A DNA stretch of 64,000 nucleotides, taken from Kiritimatiellia bacterium. GTDB taxonomy: Bacteria; Verrucomicrobiota; Kiritimatiellia; RFP12; UBA1067. The notes beneath the pieces were generated by a model. It was not told the origin of the DNA, did not search any database, and worked only from the letters and a program-made list of their open reading frames with translations. Position numbers and translations under genes: made by a program. Positions 51,434 through 59,881 of the stretch are shown here, in pieces. Numbering within the stretch: the stretch's first letter is position 1; the number at the start of each line of letters is the position of its first letter. The stretch covers positions 30,721-94,720 of the forward strand of contig JAZSOG010000027.1 of NCBI GenBank assembly GCA_045536845.1. Direction: 5' to 3'.

Positions 51434-53665
51434 TTACTTTGATTCAAAGAAAGATACGATGCTGGACGTCTTGTCGGGATCCTCGCCGTGCGGATGGTGG
51501 CCGTAGAGAGCGCGATGGTGGATATCGATCTTGCCGCCTGCCGCCTTGAATCTTTCGGCGAACAGTTCGCAGTTCCTGGACGGAGGCACAGTTGCGTCCT
51601 GTCCACCATAGAGAAGCAAAATCGGAATTCCCGCCTTCGCGAGCCGATCAGCCATGTTTACTGGCATCCGGGAATCGGTGGACCAGTTGCCGTCCGCGGG
51701 CGGCATGTTCGCCCAGGGCCCGATTTGCGCGGCATTCTCGGTCGGCGTGCCGCCGACCTTGGCGAAGCCATCGAAGTTCATAAGCGGCGCGTCGAGGTAT
51801 ATCTTTCCGACGCACTCGGGGAAAGCGGCGGCGTAGCGCGTCGAGAAGAAACCGCCCCAGCTCATCCCCACGAGGCATGCCTTTGGCGCGAAGCCGAGTT
51901 CCTCTACGAGAAACTTCTGGAACGCGCGGCTTACGCGAAGTCCCTCTTCGTCCATTCTGTGTTGGAACGTTTCGATTGTTACATGGTGCCACCCCTTCGC
52001 GAGTAGATCGAGAACACCCGTATGGTCCACGTACGCCTCGGCCCACTGCATCGTCCAGGTCCAGGGCAGACCCGCGGCAGAATCGCATTTCGGCGACACA
52101 ATCCAGGCCTCGTGCCCCTCGAAGTCGAACACAGTCCGCTTGTAGCCATACCATGTATCGCTGCGAAGCACTTTCTTCGTCGCGGCGATCCTTTGGGCGA
52201 CACCTTCATCCCTTGCACCCTGCTTCCCGGCCATCATCCACTTCGCCGTGTCTGTCTCGCCGGACTCGGTCGTTGCGGACTTTACGATCTTGACCAGTTC
52301 GGGATCGGCGTAGTAGAAGCGCACGTGGGCGCTGTAGCCCTCACCCGGAGTGCCATCGACGTTCCCGCTATTCCACTCAAGGTCGTTGTTCGGCACCGCC
52401 TCGTCAAGAACGCGTATGCGCTTAATACCAAGTGTAGTGCCGGAAGCAACAACCTTGTCTTTGTATTTGACCGTCCAGTCCCTCGATATCTCCCCATTCG
52501 AGACATCTTCCCACGCGACGATCACGTTGCATTTCCCGCGGCAATCGCCGAAGAACGCATCCTTCAGCGTCTTGAAGCCCTTGAGTGCCTTCACATCCTC
52601 CTCGTCGAGGCGTCCATCCTTGTTCGGCGCTATGCCGATGTTCATCGTGCCGCCGTTGCCGACGGTGTTCAGATAGCGCTGCATCAGGTAGGCGGCGCTC
52701 TTCGTCCTGCCGCGCTCCCTTTCGTGGTAGAACCATCCCGGGCGCATCGGAAAGTCGCATTCGCACACGCGGAAGAACATCGGCTGTGCCGCGGTGTTCT
52801 CAAAGCGCCTCATGCCGCGGTTTATGCGGTTCTTGTATTCCGGGTTTCCGTACTTGCCGTCCACAAAGCCACCGACAGTGCAGATCGTCGCGCAGGAATT
52901 CGGGTCGAGCTCGCCCTTCTCGTTTCCGGGCCAGCGGAAGTCGGACTCGTCCGACTCGCCCGCGAAGATGCAGACCTTCGGCTGAAGCTCGCGCACGAAC
53001 TTGTACACCTCGGGGAATCGATAGTATCCGCCGCCAATCCTGCGGCGCTCCTTCGCGCCGCCGTACCATCCGTCGCCGCCGTTCGCGCCGTCGAACCACA
53101 TCTCGAATACTTCGCCGTAGTCGCCGCTTAGAAGCTCCTTGATCTGGGCGTGGTACTTCTCGACGTACTCCGGCTTCGCGTAGTCCGCATCGTGGCGGTC
53201 CCAAGGCGAGACGTACACGCCGAACTTGAGTCCATGGCGACGGCAGGCGTCGGACATTTCCTTCACGTAGTCGCCCTTTCCGCCGCGGAAATTGACAGCC
53301 TTCGAGATGTTGTGGTCCGTCGTCTTCGTCGGCCAGAGGCAGAAGCCGTCATGGTGCTTCGCGACGACTACGAGACCGGCGAGTCCGCCGTCCCGGCACG
53401 CGCCCACGATCTGGTCGGCGTCGAAGCGCGCCGGCGCGAGCATCTTCGGGTCTTCGTCGCCATAGCCCCACTCGCGGTCGGTATATGTATTGAGCCCCCA
53501 GTGGACGATGCCGTAGACCTCGCAGTCGCCGGCGGCAATGCGCGCGGCGAGAGCCGGACCTGGCTTCGGAACTGACTCAAAACTAGTGGGATTCGCCAAG
53601 GCGGGCTGTGCTGCCGTCAAAAGCGCCACCGCCGCAACAAGTCCAAGAGTCTTATGGATTGCCAT
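51434..53665 (-). CDS. GH29 alpha-L-fucosidase fused to a C-terminal alpha/beta-hydrolase (esterase-like) domain
   Basis: Start moved to the ATG at 53665 (SD GAGGTG; signal peptide MAIHKTLGLVAAVALLTAAQPALA). GH29 block VVVAKHHDGFCLWPTK. C-terminal GMSWGG nucleophile elbow and a ...GHHPHG tail. Confidence 0.85.
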   Translation of the reverse strand: MAIHKTLGLVAAVALLTAAQPALANPTSFESVPKPGPALAARIAAGDCEVYGIVHWGLNTYTDREWGYGDEDPKMLAPARFDADQIVGACRDGGLAGLVVVAKHHDGFCLWPTKTTDHNISKAVNFRGGKGDYVKEMSDACRRHGLKFGVYVSPWDRHDADYAKPEYVEKYHAQIKELLSGDYGEVFEMWFDGANGGDGWYGGAKERRRIGGGYYRFPEVYKFVRELQPKVCIFAGESDESDFRWPGNEKGELDPNSCATICTVGGFVDGKYGNPEYKNRINRGMRRFENTAAQPMFFRVCECDFPMRPGWFYHERERGRTKSAAYLMQRYLNTVGNGGTMNIGIAPNKDGRLDEEDVKALKGFKTLKDAFFGDCRGKCNVIVAWEDVSNGEISRDWTVKYKDKVVASGTTLGIKRIRVLDEAVPNNDLEWNSGNVDGTPGEGYSAHVRFYYADPELVKIVKSATTESGETDTAKWMMAGKQGARDEGVAQRIAATKKVLRSDTWYGYKRTVFDFEGHEAWIVSPKCDSAAGLPWTWTMQWAEAYVDHTGVLDLLAKGWHHVTIETFQHRMDEEGLRVSRAFQKFLVEELGFAPKACLVGMSWGGFFSTRYAAAFPECVGKIYLDAPLMNFDGFAKVGGTPTENAAQIGPWANMPPADGNWSTDSRMPVNMADRLAKAGIPILLLYGGQDATVPPSRNCELFAERFKAAGGKIDIHHRALYGHHPHGEDPDKTSSIVSFFESK

Positions 53666-53707
53666 TATGTTTTCACCTCGATAATTAATAGTTGGAGTTT
53701 TGAGTTG

Positions 53708-53745
53708 GAGTTGGAGAATGGTGTTATTCATCCTTTCTCCAACTC
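53708..53745. promoter_or_regulatory. 11-bp-stem hairpin GAGTTGGAGAA-N16-TTCTCCAACTC between the two GH29 genes
   Basis: Arms at 53708-53718 and 53735-53745. A T5 run (53750-53754) follows on the plus strand only. GTTGGAG/CTCCAAC heptamers are reiterated around it. Confidence 0.45.
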
Positions 53746-53776
53746 GAACTTTTTACTCCAACTCGTCCTAATCCTG

Positions 53777-54970
53777 TCAAAAAGAAGTCTTCACAGTCGG
53801 GAAGCCCGCGCAACCCTTAGGGATGGTGATCTCGTAGACGCGGTCGCCCTTCTTCGTCTTCGCAGTCTCGCTTCCGTCGGCGTTCTTGACGAGGCCGATG
53901 CCGCGTGTGCCGTAAATCGCGTCGCCGTTCTCGCGCATCCACTTTCCGACCTCGGCCATCACCTCGACCGCGCGCGCGGGAAGGCGTCCCGAGCCGTCTG
54001 GCCCGATGTTCATGAGGAGGTTGGTGTCCTTTCCGGCGCAGCGGCAGATCATCGCACATACGTCCTCGGGCGTGCGGAAGTTCCGCTCGTTGATCCTGTA
54101 GCCCCAAACGTTCTTCTGGATGACGTCGCACTGCTCAACCGGACGGTCGTGCGCGACGGGCTGGTTCTTCGAGAAGCCCGCGTCGGAATTGTCGCCGGGG
54201 AGATCGCGCTCGAAGAGCTGGATGTCCTCTTTTGGACGAATCGGCTGGTGGTTGTTGTTCGCGACAAGCGTCTTCTTCGAGTGGATGAAGTCGTAGATCG
54301 TGTCGAAATCCCAGTCGAGCGTCCGCTTCCATGTGCCGTCGTCCTGGTGGTGCGCGTGCTCCCACTCGCCGTCGAACCAGATGTTGCCGGGATGGTAGCT
54401 GTCGATGAGCTCGCCGATCTGCGCGAGCATGAACTTCTTGTACGAAGCGTAGTCGCCTTTCTGGTTGCCGAGGCACTTGACGGCAGCGGTCCCGGCGGGA
54501 TAGTCCTTCCTGTGCCAGTCCATGAGCGAGTAGTAGAAGTTGAGCTGGAGCCCCGCGTCGTCGCAGGCCTTCGAGAGCTCGCCGAGGATGTCGCGCTTGA
54601 ACGGCGTGTTCGCGACGTTGAAGCCGTCGTCCGCCTTCGTCGGCCAGAGCGAGAAGCCGTCGTGGTGGCGCGAGGTGATCGTCACGTACTTAGCACCCGC
54701 GTCCTTGAACACGCGCACCCACTCCTTCGCGTCGAACTTCGACGGATAGAAGCCGTCTTTGATGCGTCCGTACGTTTCGGTGTCGATGCCGATGTACTGC
54801 TGGTACCATTCGCCCTGCGCGTAGCACGCGTAAAGCCCCCAGTGGATGAAGATTCCGAAGCGCTGCGCGGCAAACTTGTCGCGGGCCTCGAGATTCCATT
54901 TTTCAGGTGTGTAGTCTGCGTAAAGCGCGGCAGCGGCGGCTATGGCGACGGCGGCTATGGTTTTCTTCAT
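53777..54970 (-). CDS. GH29 alpha-L-fucosidase
   Basis: Start moved to the ATG at 54970 (signal peptide MKKTIAAVAIAAAAALYA). FGIFIHWGLY and YVTITSRHHDGFSLWPTK are GH29 signatures. Confidence 0.9.
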   Translation of the reverse strand: MKKTIAAVAIAAAAALYADYTPEKWNLEARDKFAAQRFGIFIHWGLYACYAQGEWYQQYIGIDTETYGRIKDGFYPSKFDAKEWVRVFKDAGAKYVTITSRHHDGFSLWPTKADDGFNVANTPFKRDILGELSKACDDAGLQLNFYYSLMDWHRKDYPAGTAAVKCLGNQKGDYASYKKFMLAQIGELIDSYHPGNIWFDGEWEHAHHQDDGTWKRTLDWDFDTIYDFIHSKKTLVANNNHQPIRPKEDIQLFERDLPGDNSDAGFSKNQPVAHDRPVEQCDVIQKNVWGYRINERNFRTPEDVCAMICRCAGKDTNLLMNIGPDGSGRLPARAVEVMAEVGKWMRENGDAIYGTRGIGLVKNADGSETAKTKKGDRVYEITIPKGCAGFPTVKTSF

Positions 54971-55004
54971 GTTGTGTTTTCCTTGGAGTCTTAATTTTGA
55001 GTTG

Positions 55005-55013
55005 ATTGTACCA
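55005..55013 (-). promoter_or_regulatory. Extended -10 TGGTACAAT for the GH29 gene at 54970
   Basis: Minus strand reads tttTGGTACAATcaactcaaaattaagactccaaggaaaacacaacATG. Confidence 0.45.
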
Positions 55014-55085
55014 AAAACGAACCGCAAGAAACTATTTATTCGTACAGAAAATAACTGCGTTTTTCAACACAGCCGCCTCGCGTTA

Positions 55086-55094
55086 TGGTATAAT
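55086..55094 (+). promoter_or_regulatory. Extended -10 TGGTATAAT, 6 nt from the ATG at 55101 (leaderless-type) for the XylR-like regulator
   Basis: Read directly: tatggtataatcgcgccATG. Confidence 0.55.
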
Positions 55095-55100
55095 CGCGCC

Positions 55101-56279
55101 ATGAAGCGATCAACTGCCAGCAATAAAGTTCGCAAGGTTCTGCTGTCGCCGAAGCTGGAAGGCAAGGCCGGTCGCGAACACCTCGCCGGAATCCTCAGCT
55201 TTCTCGACGCCGGACATGTCTGGGATGTCCAGATCGTCCGCTCCGCCTCCGAGCTGAACGCCGAGACAGTAAGAAAGGCGCTCGCCGACGGCACAGAGGG
55301 CTTCCTCTTGAGTGTTGCGGCGGAAGGCCGCCAGAAAGCGGCGCTCGACCTGCTTGCCAAGTCGCATCGACCGGTGGTCGTGCTTGACGACCACGGCCCA
55401 GGGCGACGCGCGTCCAACTTCGCCTATGTCCGATTCGACACTCCTGCCATTGTCGCAGCGGCGCTCGATCATTTTGAGCACATCCTGCCGGGCGCGGGCG
55501 TAGCTTTTGTTCCCGACCCGTCGCACGAGCCTTGGTCGGTCTCGCGCGAAGACGCTTTTCTTTCGATCGTCGCAAAGCGTCGCCTTCAAGGTTCGGTCTT
55601 CGGCGGCCGAACGCGCAGGCAGCTTGCGTCGTGGCTTGCCGCACTTCCTTCGCCTACGGGCGTGCTCGCGGCGAACGACCTTACGGCGCTTCTCGTCGTC
55701 GAGACATGTGCGGAACGCGGCATTGTAGTTCCAGATCGGCTCTCGGTCCTCGGCATCGACAACGACGAACTCCTATGCGGGCACACGCGTCCGCCGATAG
55801 CGACTGTAGAGCCGAACTTCTCGGGTGCTGGTTTTCTCGCCGCCGCTACGCTTCAGCAGATGATGGACGGACGCAGGACACGTCGTGAAATCGTCGTTAC
55901 CGAAAGCGTAAGCCGCCTTGTCGTGCGCGACTCGGCGCGTCCATGCGCTGGCAAACCGCTTTTGTTCCGCCGAGCGACCGACCTCATACGGTCTGACGCT
56001 GTACGGCTAGACGTCGTCACTCTCGCGCACGAGCTTGGCGTATCGCATACGCGTCTCGCAGAGGCGTTCCGCCGGCAGGGGAAGACGGTTGCAGGTGAGA
56101 TAAAAGCCGCGCGCTACGCAAAGGTTCTTGAATTGTTGCGTGACCCGCATCAGGCGATAGGGCCGATCGCAAACCTCTGCGGGTGGCGTTCAGAGACGCA
56201 TCTCATGCACGACTTCAAGAGACGCATGGGTACGACCATGCGTGCGTGGCGCAGACGCCACCTGCACGGCGACGAATAG
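55101..56279 (+). CDS. XylR-like transcriptional regulator (periplasmic-binding-protein-like sensor + AraC HTH)
   Basis: Start moved to the ATG at 55101. LacI/PBP-like core (GVLAANDLTALLVVETCAERGIVVPDRLSVLGIDND). C-terminal AraC HTH (IANLCGWRSETHLMHDFKRRMGTTMRAWRR). Divergent from the GH29 genes. Confidence 0.85.
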   Translation: MKRSTASNKVRKVLLSPKLEGKAGREHLAGILSFLDAGHVWDVQIVRSASELNAETVRKALADGTEGFLLSVAAEGRQKAALDLLAKSHRPVVVLDDHGPGRRASNFAYVRFDTPAIVAAALDHFEHILPGAGVAFVPDPSHEPWSVSREDAFLSIVAKRRLQGSVFGGRTRRQLASWLAALPSPTGVLAANDLTALLVVETCAERGIVVPDRLSVLGIDNDELLCGHTRPPIATVEPNFSGAGFLAAATLQQMMDGRRTRREIVVTESVSRLVVRDSARPCAGKPLLFRRATDLIRSDAVRLDVVTLAHELGVSHTRLAEAFRRQGKTVAGEIKAARYAKVLELLRDPHQAIGPIANLCGWRSETHLMHDFKRRMGTTMRAWRRRHLHGDE

Positions 56280-56294
56280 TCCGCGTCCTTGCCG

Positions 56295-59072
56295 TTATTC
56301 CTCGGGCACCGCGTCGAACTGCATGTCCGGGAAGATTTCCTTGGCGCGGTTCAGGTAGTCGGGAAGTTCCTTCACTGCGTTCTTCGCAATCTGCTCGGCG
56401 CGGCGGGCCGCAGTGGGATCGTCTCCGCAGATGATCTGCATGGTGAGCGCAGCGCCCATCATCGCGTCGGCCCACGGCTGCAGGCTCAGACGCTTGCCGT
56501 CGGCGAGCTTGCAGACGTTCTTGCCCTTCTCTATGAACTTGACGACGAGTTCGTTGAGGTTGCCGTGGTACTGCTGGTAGAACTTTACCCACGTCATCTT
56601 CGTCGGGGTCTTGCCGTCGGGCTTTATCAAGCTGATCTCCTTTTCGGAGATGTTGGCGATCTTGTAGCGAGCGAGCTTGGACTTGCCGAACTTGTAGTCC
56701 TTGCAGTTGGCGATAAACACCTCCTGGACTGTTGCCATCATCTTCACCTTCTGTATGAAGATGTCGGCGTACACCTGGCTCTCGGAATACTTGAACTCGT
56801 CCTTCACCATCGTCAGCTGGCGTGTCGCGCCCTTCCAGTCAAGCTGTCTGAAGACGCCGGTTGTCACAAGGGATTCGAACTTCTCCTTGATCTTCTCGTT
56901 GTCCTTCGCGATGGTCTCCTGCTTCTCCTTCTCTATTCGTTTTTTGATCTCTTCTTCCTCTATGCGTTTACGTATCTTCTCAATCTGACGTTCCATTTCC
57001 TTCGTGGCCATGATCGTGCGGTTTGAGGTTTTCTGCACCGTGTCAGCGCCTTTGTTGCTGATAAACGAGGAGCCCTTCTGCAGGGTGGTGACATCTTCCG
57101 ATGCCTTGATCTGGTCAAATTCGTCCTTTGCCGCCTGGCTGAACTCGGCCGCCTTCTGCATCGTTATCTCGTCGTCGCCTTCGACCTTGAACTCGTCTAT
57201 CTTCGCGACAAGATCGTTGATCTTGCAGCGGACGCGTATTGCCGCGGCCTGGCAGCCGTATGCGCGTTCCCAGATTACTCCCATGTCGCGCTTGGCCAGG
57301 GTAAGTATCTCCCTCAACTGGACCTCGAAAGCCGCCTTTACGCCTTCAATGGTATTGAGGTCGGTGGACACCGGCGCAGCCGGAGTCGCCGCAGCTGCAG
57401 CTGGCGCGGCGGCGGCCTCGTCGGCTTTCTTCTGCGCTTCGGCCGCCTGTGCCATTTTCTCCTTCTGCTCTTTCTCCCATGCCTCCTTCGCCTTCATGTA
57501 GGCCTCGTGTTCTGGCGATGCTGGATCTGCCTCGTCGTCGTTCGGAGGACGGAACTTGGGGATTGTCGTGGCCGCCGCGGAGACAACGGCCACCGTATTG
57601 GACGCTCCAGCCATGGGCTGAGCCACTTGCGCGCCTGCTGCTGCAAGTGCGTTAGTGTCGCCTTCTGCAGCCTTCTCTACGATGTTCGTCATGGCGAACG
57701 CCGCAAGAAGCTCGGGCGTGGGACCGGGCTTGAGCCCCAGGAGAAGCGAGGCGTCGAACTTGCCGGAAAGCTGCTGCATCAGTTTGTCGGTCGGGTCCTG
57801 ACACGTCTTGAGCGCCTTCGCCGCAAGGTCGTCGCACTGGTCCGCAAACTGCAGAGCGTTCCTGCGAACGTCGGAAATTGCCTCTTTCGCCTTGAAGATG
57901 TTGCTGGAGATCTGCTCCTGCTTCGCCCTCTCTCTCGAATTCTTGTCGGCAATTACATACCATACGAGCAAGCCGGCTACAAGTCCGATGGCGGCGATTG
58001 TAATGCCGATTACGCCAAGCACCTTGCCTGCGACGCCACCCTCTTCGGGTTCCGGTGGAATGGTGGGACGACGGCGCTGTTCCTGCTGCTCGACCTGCTC
58101 CCCTTCCTCGCCCTCGGCGTGAGTCTTGACCTTGAAGCGCTTGCGACCCTTCAGCGTAATCTTGTGTCCGCTGGGAGACGTGCCGGATGGCTGCGAGCTG
58201 GTCCCAGTGGGTTTGGCTGTAAGTCCGGTCGCCATGACGCGGCTATACTCCTGCAGGAGAGCTTCGAACGACGGGAATCGGTCGGCAGGATTGAGGGCGA
58301 GCATCTTGAGGACAAGAGCGTCGATCTGGGGCGATATGTCGGCCCTGATTTTGCTTGGCGGAACAGGAGCGCCCTCGAAGCGCTTGCGAACTACCGCAGG
58401 CGCGTCGTCGCCTTCGAACGGGGCGACGCCAGTGAGCGCGTGGTAGATCGTGCCGCCGAGGGAGTACATGTCCGCCCTGTAGTCGACTGGCTCCTTCTTT
58501 ACCTTCTCGGGGGCGATGTAATAGGGAGTTCCCCAGATTTCGTTAGTGTCCTTCTGCATCGCCGCGAGGCCGAAGTCGACGAGCTTCGCGTTGCCGTTCG
58601 CGTCAAGAAGGACGTTCTCGGGCTTTACGTCGCCGTGCACGAGCCCCTGGTCGGCGGCGCACCTGAGGGCCTGAGCCACCTGCTCGCAGATCTTCATTAC
58701 GCGAGGGATGTCGATCGACGCGCCCGCGTTCTTCATCAGCTGGTCCAAGGAGCCGCCGGCGACGAGCTCCATCGCGATGTACGGCATGCCGTCGGCGATG
58801 CCGTAGCTGTAGATCTGCGCGATGTTCGGGTGGATGAGCTTTGCCGCGGCCTGGGCCTCGCGCTTGAACTTCTCGACGAACTCGGCGTCTGCGCCGTATT
58901 CCTTGAGCATCACCTTGACGGCGACGGGGCGGTCGAGCATCTTGTCGCGCCCCATGTAGACGCCGCCCATTCCGCCGCGCCCAAGCTCGCGCTCAAGCAG
59001 GAAGTTGCCGGTCTCCCCGAATACGCCGGGTGTCTGAATCAGCTGTTCTTCGCTCATCGTATGATCCTCCAT
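56295..59072 (-). CDS. Hanks-type Ser/Thr protein kinase with TM segment and ~550-aa coiled-coil/low-complexity extracytoplasmic region
   Basis: GRGGMGGVYMG...VAVKVM, HGDVKPENVLL, DFGLA, GTPYYIAPE. TM helix VLGVIGITIAAIGLVAGLLVWYVI. The start may instead be the ATG at 59057, which overlaps the lepB stop (ATGA). Confidence 0.85.
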   Translation of the reverse strand: MEDHTMSEEQLIQTPGVFGETGNFLLERELGRGGMGGVYMGRDKMLDRPVAVKVMLKEYGADAEFVEKFKREAQAAAKLIHPNIAQIYSYGIADGMPYIAMELVAGGSLDQLMKNAGASIDIPRVMKICEQVAQALRCAADQGLVHGDVKPENVLLDANGNAKLVDFGLAAMQKDTNEIWGTPYYIAPEKVKKEPVDYRADMYSLGGTIYHALTGVAPFEGDDAPAVVRKRFEGAPVPPSKIRADISPQIDALVLKMLALNPADRFPSFEALLQEYSRVMATGLTAKPTGTSSQPSGTSPSGHKITLKGRKRFKVKTHAEGEEGEQVEQQEQRRRPTIPPEPEEGGVAGKVLGVIGITIAAIGLVAGLLVWYVIADKNSRERAKQEQISSNIFKAKEAISDVRRNALQFADQCDDLAAKALKTCQDPTDKLMQQLSGKFDASLLLGLKPGPTPELLAAFAMTNIVEKAAEGDTNALAAAGAQVAQPMAGASNTVAVVSAAATTIPKFRPPNDDEADPASPEHEAYMKAKEAWEKEQKEKMAQAAEAQKKADEAAAAPAAAAATPAAPVSTDLNTIEGVKAAFEVQLREILTLAKRDMGVIWERAYGCQAAAIRVRCKINDLVAKIDEFKVEGDDEITMQKAAEFSQAAKDEFDQIKASEDVTTLQKGSSFISNKGADTVQKTSNRTIMATKEMERQIEKIRKRIEEEEIKKRIEKEKQETIAKDNEKIKEKFESLVTTGVFRQLDWKGATRQLTMVKDEFKYSESQVYADIFIQKVKMMATVQEVFIANCKDYKFGKSKLARYKIANISEKEISLIKPDGKTPTKMTWVKFYQQYHGNLNELVVKFIEKGKNVCKLADGKRLSLQPWADAMMGAALTMQIICGDDPTAARRAEQIAKNAVKELPDYLNRAKEIFPDMQFDAVPEE

Positions 59073-59881
59073 CCGTTGAAAGGCCAGAAGACAACGCTGC
59101 CGACGCCCCGCAGCTTTGAACCGGGAACAGGTCCCCAGTAGCGGCTGTCGTAGCTGTTGTTGAAATTGTCACCGCAGGCGAAGTATTCGTCTTCGCCCAT
59201 GGTCACTGTCTTGGGAAGGTCTTCGCGCACATGTCCCAACCCGTCGGTCGGCAGATGCTCGAGCTCGTACGTCTCGCCCGGCGTCGCCTTCATGCGCTTG
59301 ATGTAGTGGGTGCCCTGCGGAAGACCCTCGATCCCGGTCGTCGAGAAGATCATCACGTCACCGGCGCGGGGCTTCCGGAAATTCCATATCCAGCGGTTGA
59401 CGAAGATAAAGTCTCCTGTAACTATCGCACCCTTCCAGAACGTCTCGCCGGCGCGGAAGTGCTGGTTCCTTAGGCCGTTGCATGCATCTGTAGGCAGCTT
59501 GAACGTCTTTTCGCTCGCGCCGATGCGTATGTTGGCGAAGCCGTCGTTGCGCGGCTGCACGCGCGCCATGCCCGAGGCCGGAGCCTTGTAGTCTACGACG
59601 CGTTCGCCGGTCCACAGCCATTTGAGTATCGACAGCGGAAAGGCGTCCCATGTTCCCTTCTCGACGTTCGCGACCGTGTGGTAGCCCCAGAGCGTCTCCT
59701 GCATCGAGCCCGTCGGAATGTTGAACGGCTCGTAGAAGTAGGCGCGGAAGCACATCGCGACGGAGATCGCGACGACGAGCGTGTCGAGCCACTCGCGGCC
59801 GTAGTCCTGCCAGGTCTTGGCCGGTTTTTCGCCCGCGGACGGCCCGTCCGGGACCCGAAACCCCTCTGTAATTTCGCTCAT
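59054..59881 (-). CDS. lepB: Signal peptidase I
   Basis: S26 motifs PTGSMQETL and GDNFNNSYDSRYWGPV. The start overlaps the guaB stop (ATGA). Confidence 0.9.
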   Translation of the reverse strand: MSEITEGFRVPDGPSAGEKPAKTWQDYGREWLDTLVVAISVAMCFRAYFYEPFNIPTGSMQETLWGYHTVANVEKGTWDAFPLSILKWLWTGERVVDYKAPASGMARVQPRNDGFANIRIGASEKTFKLPTDACNGLRNQHFRAGETFWKGAIVTGDFIFVNRWIWNFRKPRAGDVMIFSTTGIEGLPQGTHYIKRMKATPGETYELEHLPTDGLGHVREDLPKTVTMGEDEYFACGDNFNNSYDSRYWGPVPGSKLRGVGSVVFWPFNGWRIIR

